In this document: positions 8,584-17,145 of the stretch, piece after piece | How the letters are laid out: each line of letters starts with the position of its first letter | Numbering within the stretch: position 1 is the first letter of the stretch | Source of the DNA: Paenibacillus sp. PCH8 | GTDB lineage: Bacteria > Bacillota > Bacilli > Paenibacillales > Paenibacillaceae | Direction of reading: 5' to 3' | DNA length: 32,000 nucleotides | NCBI RefSeq assembly: GCF_002968835.1 | Contig: NZ_PKQK01000008.1 | Coordinates: 8,357-40,356 of the forward strand | The notes under the pieces: generated by a model | Told to the model about the DNA's origin: nothing | What the model saw: only the letters and a program-made list of their open reading frames with translations | Databases searched by the model: none | Program-made: the position numbers and the translations under genes

Positions 8584-8636
8584 TCGCATTAACTAATAGG
8601 CTGATATCAAAATCATCTGAATTTGGAGCAAAAATT

Positions 8637-9647
8637 ATGAATAGTGAAGTGGTTAAACCAATTGATAGAAAGATGAGAAAGAGAATTTTTTTAAGTACTA
8701 TTGTTATCTTGGTTGTCGTGCTGGTAATTCCGTCATTGATTAAAATAGAATTGAGGACATATGAACTCCCTGGCAAACTTGACTCAGCACAAGAATTATT
8801 TCGCAACAAAACTCAAAGCTTTATTTATATTCCTGGTGTGTATGAGCAAAGAGTAAGTCGATTGTCCGATTATCTTATACTTAAAATTAGATATAGGGGT
8901 TTACTTCAAGAGTTTGAACAACCAAAACAACAACAGGAAACGCCCTATGTTTCCCCAGAAGATCCTCCAGGAAGGTTGGAATATGTTGATACAGAAGAAC
9001 TCAGAGATAGTCAACTTTTTGTTGCTATACCGGCATACATAGCAGGAAGTAATGAAGCGGACCGTCCAATTCAATACGGATTTGAGTTTGAAATTACAGG
9101 TATTCCATCAGAAGAAACTGAAGATTTATTAAACTCGACTATAGTAACAATAGATGGTTCCTCTCCTACACTTGAAAGAGTGGAGCAAATATTGGCTTCT
9201 AAAGCGCTTCACCGAATTGAAGGAAGATCCTATGATGGGAAAACTATTTTTTTAGATACTTCGCTTTACAATACTACAGTTTCTGCACACTACACAATAA
9301 AAGAATTATGGAAATTTAGTGACTTAATGAGATTTGACTTGGCCAATATTGAAGGTAATTCAGGTGGTGCCGCCACAGCCTATCAAGTCATGCTTAAACA
9401 ACAGGGAAGACCAAATGAACATGGGGAATTTGTTATTACTGGAGCTATTGAAGTTGAGGGTGATATTACAAGTGTTGGGGGAGTAAAAGCTAAAACATAT
9501 CTGGCCATTAAGAATTCAATTCCGGTCATGTTTGTCCCTAAGGGTATAAATTATACAGAAGCCATAGAAATGAAAAGTCTGATGAAGAGTAATATTGATA
9601 TCGTCCCAATTCAGAAGCTTGGTGATATTGAGGCATATTGGAAGTAA
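8637..9647 (+). CDS. Membrane-anchored Lon-type (S16) serine protease domain protein
   Basis: N-terminal TM helix IFLSTIVILVVVLVIPSLI. The C-terminus has GNSGGAATAY (Ser codon 9360-9362) and ITGAIEVEGDITSVGGVKAKTYLA...VMFVPKGN (Lys codon 9486-9488). These match the Lon proteolytic-domain pattern. Confidence 0.75.
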   Translation: MNSEVVKPIDRKMRKRIFLSTIVILVVVLVIPSLIKIELRTYELPGKLDSAQELFRNKTQSFIYIPGVYEQRVSRLSDYLILKIRYRGLLQEFEQPKQQQETPYVSPEDPPGRLEYVDTEELRDSQLFVAIPAYIAGSNEADRPIQYGFEFEITGIPSEETEDLLNSTIVTIDGSSPTLERVEQILASKALHRIEGRSYDGKTIFLDTSLYNTTVSAHYTIKELWKFSDLMRFDLANIEGNSGGAATAYQVMLKQQGRPNEHGEFVITGAIEVEGDITSVGGVKAKTYLAIKNSIPVMFVPKGINYTEAIEMKSLMKSNIDIVPIQKLGDIEAYWK

Positions 9648-10237
9648 CTAGGGTGTATGTGACTCCAGAGATTGATCTGAAAGTTTATTGATTACACATT
9701 GAGCACCCTAAGCTTGCAGGTGTAAGATGTTCATGGTGAACAAGTGTTAATGTATGCCGTAGTAACATTTATATCATGCTGTGTAGGGCGATACTTGCAA
9801 AGGCACGCACTAAGCCTGCAGCAGTTGCTTCTGCAGACTAATGGGCTACCTGCGGTGTTAAGTTTCGTAAATCCTACAATATTAAAACGCAGTACTTATC
9901 TTTTCCTAATCGATCAGGATCTTCAGGAGGAGATAGTCCTTCCAATGACCGCAAGGGTATTATTGTTTCTTACCCTGGAGCGAATGTCCTTCAAAAAGAC
10001 CGAGAAGAGCCAATTATGGTACAGCAACATCAAAACGATAATCTCGCTGCTGCGTTGCGAAGTCAGTCGCACTATCCGTATCCATCCTCCGCTCATGAAG
10101 ATTTGAATCAGCATTGTGAAAATGCATCAATAATCTATAAAGATAGATATAACACCTGGGCAATTAGGTATTTATTCCTTCGATCTATTTGCCTATATAA
10201 TTTGACGAAATAAGTAGTATATGGTACAAATATATTA

Positions 10238-10380
10238 TTACGAAACACTTTGATTTACTTTGTCGTTATTGCTCGACAGAGTTGGAGACATACTGATCGG
10301 GAACATCCATGTATCAGTATATTTAAATAGGGCTATTTTCGCCATGGAGACTATAGACACCCAAAATAGGTGTCTTTTTG
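10238..10380 (+). ncRNA. Candidate small RNA or leader of about 140 nt
   Basis: Promoter TTGACG (10202-10207), 17-nt spacer, TGgTACAAA (-10 at 10225-10230). Terminator AGACACC (10355-10361) pairs with GGTGTCT (10369-10375), then TTTT. Internal hairpin ATACTGAT/ATCAGTAT. Confidence 0.25.
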
Positions 10381-10567
10381 TGTTTCCATTTTTTTTATAC
10401 CTAAAATGTAGAAATTTTATTTTTGAGCAACTTATATCTTGAGTTAACTTAGTATTTAATAGTGGGATATTTATAAAAGAAGCGAGGATTTCAATTTACT
10501 TCGATTCTTTCAATAAGTTGCCCATCTTGGTAGCTGTACTTTGATGAAATTTAAGGGGGATCAACAC

Positions 10568-11002
10568 ATGAAAGATGTTTTAGAACTGTTGGTTATGTTT
10601 GAAGAGGAAAAAGCTGAGAAAAACGTAACCGCGTACGTACCATCGCTACGTCTCGGAGTACATGGAGATACATTGGAGGAAGCTCGAACGAATGCGATTG
10701 AACTAATTGAGTTGGAACTGGAGGGGCGGCAGGAGCGGTTACCAGAGGATACAGCAGTCATTGAGACAATAAAGGGAAGTACAGGTGTGGATTTACTTGT
10801 TCTGTTTGAAGTGCTTGAAGAAGAAAATGATGTGACAGCTTACATTCCTGCATTGAGACTTGGTGTTAAAGGAACGACACTGTCTGAAGCACGCTCTAAC
10901 GCTGAAGACTTGATCAGGCTGGAATCTAAAAATCGCGTACATCCATATTCTCAAGAAACAGTAACGATCGATACTTTAAAGATAAAGGTTAAAGTTTCAT
11001 AA
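10568..11002 (+). CDS. Protein with two tandem HicB-like (UPF0150-type) domains
   Basis: AAGGGGGA SD before the ATG at 10568. It has two copies of the ...VTAY(V/I)P(S/A)LRLGV.G.TL.EAR.NA..LI.LE pattern, typical of the HicB antitoxin N-domain. Confidence 0.6.
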   Translation: MKDVLELLVMFEEEKAEKNVTAYVPSLRLGVHGDTLEEARTNAIELIELELEGRQERLPEDTAVIETIKGSTGVDLLVLFEVLEEENDVTAYIPALRLGVKGTTLSEARSNAEDLIRLESKNRVHPYSQETVTIDTLKIKVKVS

Positions 11003-11050
11003 ATACTAAAGTCACGCCAAAAGGGTTGAATTAACAAGGAGGAAATCAGT

Positions 11051-11272
11051 GTGGAAAGTAAATTTGATTTTTTTAAAGATGATGAGAGCGGTAAATGGCA
11101 GCTACCTTTGAATATCTGTAGTTTAGGTGGTTGTTATTATAACTTCCTTGAATTTGATACCAAGGATGAAGCAAGAGAAAAGGCTATAGAACTAACTAAA
11201 CATGGAAAGGAAATATCGGGTAATTATCCTTGCCAGGAGTGTCACACCCAATACTTACTCGATTGTGAGTGA
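11051..11272 (+). CDS. Hypothetical small protein
   Basis: AAGGAGGAAA SD, GTG start, 73 aa. Confidence 0.5.
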   Translation: MESKFDFFKDDESGKWQLPLNICSLGGCYYNFLEFDTKDEAREKAIELTKHGKEISGNYPCQECHTQYLLDCE

Positions 11273-11367
11273 CCTAATAAATTATCACGATACTTTGACA
11301 GGAGAATCCGATCATGCTATTATTTCTTCAATTGAATATCCATCTTAAACGATGGTTTTATAAGCGG

Positions 11368-11414
11368 AAGCACCGCTTCATGCCCTTTAGGGTCTGAAGT
11401 GGTGCTTTTTTTTT
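11368..11414 (+). terminator. Rho-independent terminator
   Basis: AAGCACCGCTTC (11368-11379) pairs with GAAGTGGTGCTT (11396-11407) in a 12-bp stem with one G-U, then T9. Confidence 0.8.
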
Positions 11415-11439
11415 ATTTTATTGATAAGGAGTGGACAGT

Positions 11440-11934
11440 ATGATGAAAAAATTTACAGGCAGCAACGCTGAGGTAAACCTTGAATTGAATGGATACATTA
11501 ATGAGTTTAAAGGCTTGATTTTAGAACAAGCAGAAGCAAAAGGGATGAAATGTTTTCTATGTAAGGACTGTTTAGCAATCGATGTGAAAATTGAAACTCT
11601 ATTCACCGGTGACGCCATCCATTATGTTTTAATGTACACGCATGCGGAAACAGATAAAAGTGCCCTATTGATATGGAAAGACTTTCTCGATCTAAAAGAG
11701 ATTGTGATGAATACCTATGAGTTGATTGAATCATTTATCTCGAAGGAGCTTAGAACCCGTACCGGATCCCTAACAGTGTTCACGATGAGATTAATGTATG
11801 ATATGTTAAATTTCATAAGAGGGATTCGAGAAGACAAAGATGGAGCGGAGGGACTCCCTTATAAAGTAATTTATGATCCGTTTATTCAACTTAAAAGCGA
11901 TAGATGGATACAGTCTATAATAGAAGAAAGATAG
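11440..11934 (+). CDS. Hypothetical protein
   Basis: AAGGAG SD about 9 nt before the ATG at 11440; 164 aa. Confidence 0.55.
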   Translation: MMKKFTGSNAEVNLELNGYINEFKGLILEQAEAKGMKCFLCKDCLAIDVKIETLFTGDAIHYVLMYTHAETDKSALLIWKDFLDLKEIVMNTYELIESFISKELRTRTGSLTVFTMRLMYDMLNFIRGIREDKDGAEGLPYKVIYDPFIQLKSDRWIQSIIEER

Positions 11935-12113
11935 AACGGTGTAACTTTGATCAGGAAGGCACATTGTGCCCTCCTGACATCCCATCAAACTACTAATATA
12001 GGTGTGGTAGATTGGAACGTGGTAATGGCTTGTTCTACTTCTTTACTCGTCATTCCTGCACTGTACAGTGTTTGTTCGATAATATGTAGATCATTATTGC
12101 ATAATTCTTGGAT

Positions 12114-12611
12114 TTAATTTATAAGAGATTTCTCTGAATTATTCAAAGCGCTTTCAGGTATTGGGTCACAGATTCCAAAATCAAGACGTTTAACCTTTCC
12201 AGTAGCAATCCAGACGATACTTTTAAAATCCCACTCTTTTAAACGGGCAATAAGCAGGGAAATTTCTGTACTAAAGAGGTCGTAAATCAAGTTAGGGGGA
12301 AAGTGACCATTTATATTTTTATATTGAGTCAAATTTAAACCATCAATCCATTCTGTTAAAATAAAAACTCCGGATGAATATGCGTACAAATATGGGGCAA
12401 CGCCGGTTTGTAAGGCTGTTTTTACTTTATATTCATTTTCTCCGTCTATTCTTCCTTTTTTGGTGTATACCTTTAAACAGTATTCATCAATCTTTTAAAC
12501 CGTGAATCTACTACCTGCCTCAAATGGTATCAGGTTTGGTCGCGTTCCATCTTCAACAAGTTGCTTAATGACTTGCTCGATATCATGAGGGATTTGTATG
12601 AGTATGTTCAT
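12114..12611 (-). pseudogene. Small protein-kinase-fold-like gene interrupted by one in-frame TAA
   Basis: The frame runs continuously from the ATG at 12611 to the stop at 12114, apart from a TAA at 12495-12497. The N-part EAGSRFTV*KIDEYCLKVYTKK looks like a Gly-loop plus VxK. The C-part ILTEWIDGLNL ... RLDFG looks like a hinge and a DFG. Confidence 0.45.
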
Positions 12612-12614
12612 GTC

Positions 12615-12660
12615 ATATTTCCAGTTATTATAGGTTTAAACTAATAATAACTGGAAATAT
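12615..12660. promoter_or_regulatory. 46-bp near-perfect palindrome immediately upstream of the kinase-like gene
   Basis: ATATTTCCAGTTATTAT (12615-12631) is the exact reverse complement of ATAATAACTGGAAATAT (12644-12660). The spacer contains the palindrome GTTTAAAC. Confidence 0.5.
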
Positions 12661-12902
12661 ATTAACATAATAATTGATAATACCTCTCTATTCGATTGGT
12701 ATATATCTTAACAAAGTGGATATATTAGCTGCTCGCTTAAGAGGATCATCTCATTGAGGTGATCCTTTTGAGCTTCTATACACACTCATTATATTTAGTA
12801 GTTTTTATGTTGTTATGTGCACAAGCATTTAGTAAATCATGATATAATTACTGGTAATGAATTTACCGGAAGTGATAGCTCATATTTCTGTTTTTTAATT
12901 CA

Positions 12903-13985
12903 AGACGGATTGTAATATGAAGTGCGACACCCACTGGAAATAAATAAAAAATGGCCCATGGCCGGATTCGTGTAGAATGAAGTCACCACAACAACCATTC
13001 ACACAAGGAGAATCCACCATGAGCTACACACATCTTAGCATAATCGAACGCAGCAAGCTAGAAATCCTCCACCAGCAAGGCAAAAGTTCACGAGCGATTG
13101 CCAAGGAGCTGGGCCGTCATCATTCGACCATCTGTCGTGAATTGGAACGCATGGTTTCATCGCAATCTTATCAGGCAGAGCATGCCCAGAGTGCTTATCG
13201 GGAACGACGTAAGGCTTCGGTCTCTCGTGGTAAATGGTCAGAAGCCTTAGGGGCTTCTTTTGCGGAAAAACTAGAGGCAACGTGGTCTCCAGAACAAATC
13301 ACAGAACGTTTCCGCGCCGAAGATCTACCTGCGGTTTCCTTTAAAACGATTTATCGCTGGATCTATGCAGGACGTCTTGTTCAAGGTAAATTACAAGTTT
13401 TACGTCACAAAGGGAAGCGTCGGAAACCCGCAGAAACTCGTGGTAAATTCACCATAGGCAGAACCATTTCAGATCGTCCAAAAGAGGTTCGTTCTCGTGA
13501 AACGTTTGGACACTGGGAATTGGATACCGTTGTATCGGGCCGCGGGAGAAGTAAAGGATGCGTAGCCACACTCATTGAACGCAAAACGCGTCTGTTTACC
13601 GCTGTTCTCATGACTGATCGTACCGCATTGTCCATGGAGATTGCGCTTGGTGTAGCCATATCACAGTACCCCAAAGGGACATTTCTCACGGCCACCGCTG
13701 ACCGTGGAAAAGAGTTTGCTTGCTACGCCAATCTGGAAATAACCCATGGCCTGCATGTTTATTTTGCTGACCCGTATTCATCCTGGCAACGCGGTTCCAA
13801 TGAGAATGGGAATGGATTACTTCGAGAGTTCCACCCCAAGGGCACCGATTTCGCTCAAGTAGAGGATGATGCTCTCGCCCACTGCCTTGATTTAATCAAT
13901 CACAGGCCAAGAAAATGCTTAGGTTGGAAAACTGCTCACGAATCTTTCATAGAGGAACTGTCGCACTTCGCTTTACAATCCGTCT
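12903..13985 (+). mobile_element. IS30-family insertion sequence (1083 bp)
   Basis: 27-bp terminal inverted repeats match 24/27: IRL AGACGGATTGTAATATGAAGTGCGACA (12903-12929) versus the reverse complement of 13959-13985. The element encodes a DDE transposase and is visibly more GC-rich than its flanks. Confidence 0.9.
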
Positions 13986-14119
13986 CAATAAAGCGGATAA
14001 TTGTTGTTACTGAAATTTGTGATCTTGCTAATAGGCTTAGGTTCTTTTTTGAAATTAATGAAGAGCACAGTGATCAAAGAAAAACATTATTTAGAAATTT
14101 AGCTATCACTAAAGATTAA
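13019..14119 (+). CDS. IS30-family DDE transposase
   Basis: AAGGAGAA SD before the ATG at 13019. N-terminal HTH (SSRAIAKELGRHHSTICRE), HWELDTV, TADRGKEF and YSSWQRGSNENGNGLLRE match IS30-family signatures. The ORF has no stop inside the IS and continues about 44 codons into flanking DNA. Confidence 0.9.
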   Translation: MSYTHLSIIERSKLEILHQQGKSSRAIAKELGRHHSTICRELERMVSSQSYQAEHAQSAYRERRKASVSRGKWSEALGASFAEKLEATWSPEQITERFRAEDLPAVSFKTIYRWIYAGRLVQGKLQVLRHKGKRRKPAETRGKFTIGRTISDRPKEVRSRETFGHWELDTVVSGRGRSKGCVATLIERKTRLFTAVLMTDRTALSMEIALGVAISQYPKGTFLTATADRGKEFACYANLEITHGLHVYFADPYSSWQRGSNENGNGLLREFHPKGTDFAQVEDDALAHCLDLINHRPRKCLGWKTAHESFIEELSHFALQSVSIKRIIVVTEICDLANRLRFFFEINEEHSDQRKTLFRNLAITKD

Positions 14120-14136
14120 TATAACAAGGAGAACTT

Positions 14137-15999
14137 ATGGAGATATTATATATTTGGTTTAATAATTATGGACCATTTCGACAGCAGGGCTTTCAATTGT
14201 GCGGGGATCTCCGTTTCAAATATGATTTTAATCATGAAGTACTATCAGTTACTAGGAATACGGATTATGTGCAGGATTTCTTTCGAGATCGTATGGCTCT
14301 GGAGAGCGAAACAGCCGTTGTAAAGAACATTACAGGTCTCATTGGTATTAATGGCGCAGGAAAGACAAGTCTACTCAATTATATCAAGCGTTATCTTGTT
14401 CGGGCTATGGGGCGAAAAATTAAAGAAGCACTGGTGGTGATTCGGAATGAGAAAGATGAGACGATTATTCTATATGATAAAAAAGTTATCAACTTAGAGT
14501 CTGTGAATCATGAAGGGCTACTTCATCACATTAAGATTTACAGTGGTACAGAAACCAATCAGCACTTACCGGATAGCTCGGTCATATACTTTTCAAATAT
14601 TTTTGATCACTCTCATGAGGAGACAGCAACAAACTATTACAATCTTTCAACTAACTACCTTATCCAAGGTGATTACCGTAGCAGGTTGGATTTACAGAAT
14701 GGGAATCCGAAGCAAAGTCCAATCGACGTTCATCGGGATGAAGACTTGTGCCGTCAGGTATTTTTCGTCTATGACTACCCTATTCGATTTCCAGAACAGG
14801 AACTGCCCTTCCGTTTGCCCAAGAATCTAGTGATTAAAATCCGAAACATCGATAGGGATGATTTGGGTAAGCTCGGGCAATTCGCAAATTTCTACTTAGA
14901 TCTTAATAAATATGTAACCGGTAAGATTGATGAAATATCATCACGTAACTCTGATAGGAAGTATAGCCCTAACCTGGATAGGAGAAGAGAAATATTTATA
15001 TTAACAACCTATCGCGCTATGATTTACTCTTTCTTGAAGGAAATAACTGTCTTTTCAAATCTTACGCTATTAGAGGAAGATGATCCGAATCTTTCTCTTA
15101 CAAATGTTCAGAGCGAACAAGCGACTTTCACCAATTATGTGAGGAATTTGTTTAATTCTACACTGAGTCGTTTTAATGATGATCCAACTATTAAATTGTG
15201 GCTTGATAATCTAATATTTATGGTAGATCATATATATGATTACTCGATATACTTAATACGTACAGCTAATACGCCAGATGAATATTCCCTCAAGTTACCA
15301 ATTATGCAAGGCGAAATCATGAAAAGCCCTTCATATGATTTCATAAATGTATATCGACGCTCGTACACTGTATTTCCATACCTTGATTTCGAATGGCAAC
15401 TCAGTTCAGGACAACGAGCGTTTTTAAATGTTTTCTCCAGATTGTATTCGAGAAATGACGGAGAAGTATTTGGCGACAACGTCAAGTTAACGAAACATGT
15501 TCTGCTACTAATTGATGAGGGAGAATTATACTTCCATCCAGAGTGGCAACGTCGGTTTATAGATACACTCATTCGATTCTTGTCCGTAGTCTATGGTTCT
15601 AAACGAAGAGTACAGATCCTGTTGACCTCGCATTCTCCATTCATACTGTCGGACTTACCCAACTATTGCGTCTCTTTACTCCAGCATAACGATAGACGGA
15701 CGAAAGTTAAAGATGGAACGGTAGAATTTAATACTCTTGCTGCTAATATCCACGATTTGCTGGCAAATGGCTTTTTCATGAAAGCAAACATTGGCGAATT
15801 CGCTCTGCAAAAGATTAATGACGCGATTACAAGGCTAAGGTCTCTTCAAGTTCACTCAGGTGTGGAAACTATTCGCTCACTCAGCAGTCGCGAAGAAGAA
15901 ATTGACTATCTCCGTTCCATAATCCAGCTTGTTGGTGAACCAATCATTGCTGGTCGGATGCTTGAGTTGTTAGATGAGCGGGACATAGATATGGAGTGA
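14137..15999 (+). CDS. ptuA: Septu-like PtuA (AAA15/21, ABC-type ATPase)
   Basis: AAGGAGAA SD. Walker A GINGAGKTS, Walker B-like LLLIDEGELYFHPEWQ, TSHSPF. Directly abuts an HNH gene. Confidence 0.75.
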   Translation: MEILYIWFNNYGPFRQQGFQLCGDLRFKYDFNHEVLSVTRNTDYVQDFFRDRMALESETAVVKNITGLIGINGAGKTSLLNYIKRYLVRAMGRKIKEALVVIRNEKDETIILYDKKVINLESVNHEGLLHHIKIYSGTETNQHLPDSSVIYFSNIFDHSHEETATNYYNLSTNYLIQGDYRSRLDLQNGNPKQSPIDVHRDEDLCRQVFFVYDYPIRFPEQELPFRLPKNLVIKIRNIDRDDLGKLGQFANFYLDLNKYVTGKIDEISSRNSDRKYSPNLDRRREIFILTTYRAMIYSFLKEITVFSNLTLLEEDDPNLSLTNVQSEQATFTNYVRNLFNSTLSRFNDDPTIKLWLDNLIFMVDHIYDYSIYLIRTANTPDEYSLKLPIMQGEIMKSPSYDFINVYRRSYTVFPYLDFEWQLSSGQRAFLNVFSRLYSRNDGEVFGDNVKLTKHVLLLIDEGELYFHPEWQRRFIDTLIRFLSVVYGSKRRVQILLTSHSPFILSDLPNYCVSLLQHNDRRTKVKDGTVEFNTLAANIHDLLANGFFMKANIGEFALQKINDAITRLRSLQVHSGVETIRSLSSREEEIDYLRSIIQLVGEPIIAGRMLELLDERDIDME

Positions 16000-16935
16000 A
16001 TGAATATGATTAATATTTACGAAGTGTCACAGCAAGTTCTAGCAGAAAGGCATTATGAGGCTGTTGTCGAAGAATTAATGAAGAAAGACTCTAAAAGCCC
16101 TGCGACTCTAGAAAAATGGTTCAAAGCATTCAATGTTAACTATACTTTGAAGCATATCATCACGGCGAGACCAGAAGATCTGAGGATAATGATGAGTAAG
16201 TGCAAATCAGACAAGTATCCCGAATGTATTCTGGAACTTTACGATATGTATGTGAAGAAGTTCTCAAAATCGGATCGATACATCGGTGACCGTAAACAAA
16301 AGTATAATGCAGTACAACTTATGAAGAGCCTAGAGATTAAGGTATGTCCTCTTTGTAACCGGAATTATATTAACAATGTAAAATCGAAGGGGCGGTTGGA
16401 AAAGCGTACAGGGCAGCTTGATCATTTTCATAATAAGTCATCTTACCCATTTCTTTCAATGTCATTCTTCAACTTAGTACCTGCCTGCTATGGGTGCAAT
16501 CATACGAAGGCTAGGTTTGAGCTTGAACAGACGCCCTACGCCGAGGTTGATTTGGATCCGCTCATTCGGTTTAGCGTGTCATTTAACAAAATTGAAGATA
16601 TATTTGATGAGCAACACTTAAGGGTTTCTCTAGACAATCATCCGTCCATTCAGCAGAATGTTGATGTTTTGGGTCTTTTAGAAACGTACACAGAGGAACA
16701 TAATGAAGATGCCTTTGCAGTTGTGAAGGCTTTCAAAAATTATAACGACGTTTGGCAGAATTCGATGATTGGAAATATAAAAGGACTGTTTAAAGATAAG
16801 GATCACTTGTCTGATATGTTATTAAGCGAATATATTGGTCTGAAGGATAGACTAAAGTCTAAGCCATTAGCGAAATTAAAAAAGGATATTTATGAGCAAC
16901 TGGAAGCGTACCAGCAGAGTAGTATATCAAGATAG
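16000..16935 (+). CDS. ptuB: Septu-like PtuB (HNH nuclease)
   Basis: CPLCNRNY...QLDHFHNKSSYPF...NLVPACYGCNHTK matches an HNH/TIGR02646-like pattern. The start is adjacent to the ptuA stop (TGAATG). Confidence 0.75.
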   Translation: MNMINIYEVSQQVLAERHYEAVVEELMKKDSKSPATLEKWFKAFNVNYTLKHIITARPEDLRIMMSKCKSDKYPECILELYDMYVKKFSKSDRYIGDRKQKYNAVQLMKSLEIKVCPLCNRNYINNVKSKGRLEKRTGQLDHFHNKSSYPFLSMSFFNLVPACYGCNHTKARFELEQTPYAEVDLDPLIRFSVSFNKIEDIFDEQHLRVSLDNHPSIQQNVDVLGLLETYTEEHNEDAFAVVKAFKNYNDVWQNSMIGNIKGLFKDKDHLSDMLLSEYIGLKDRLKSKPLAKLKKDIYEQLEAYQQSSISR

Positions 16936-17145
16936 ATAAAGTTTAGTTGATAGTTTTGACTATTAACAGTTTCTAAGCCCTGAGGATTGTCAGATTTCTT
17001 CCTCACTCTTAGCAGAGTAAGATTATTGGTGGTTCGTATGCTATACTATTCTTTTTCGCTCATTTTCTGTAATTTGATGTTTGATATCAATGAGAAGTGT
17101 TTCTTCAATATTGATGGAATGAGCCATTAATTAAATTCATAAATT

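Noticed and set aside
9650-10200. Possibility of a group II intron fragment or retron msr/msd in the GC-richer non-coding stretch
   Set aside because: There is no reverse transcriptase nearby, no recognisable domain V or GUGYG boundary context, and no msr/msd-like inverted repeats that I could find.
9744-10442. ORFs 9744..10106+, 9923..10114-, 10016..10213+ and 10260..10442+
   Set aside because: They overlap one another, have no SDs and have implausible sequences. The last one runs straight through a rho-independent terminator.
12901-13987. CA/CA as the target-site duplication of the IS30 element (CA also follows the distal IR at 17171-17172)
   Set aside because: A 2-bp match is expected by chance too often to count as evidence.
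13035-15572. ORFs 13035..13280-, 13405..13695-, 14510..14830+ and 15240..15572-
   Set aside because: They are antisense or out of frame inside the IS30 transposase and ptuA, both of which have clear family motifs.
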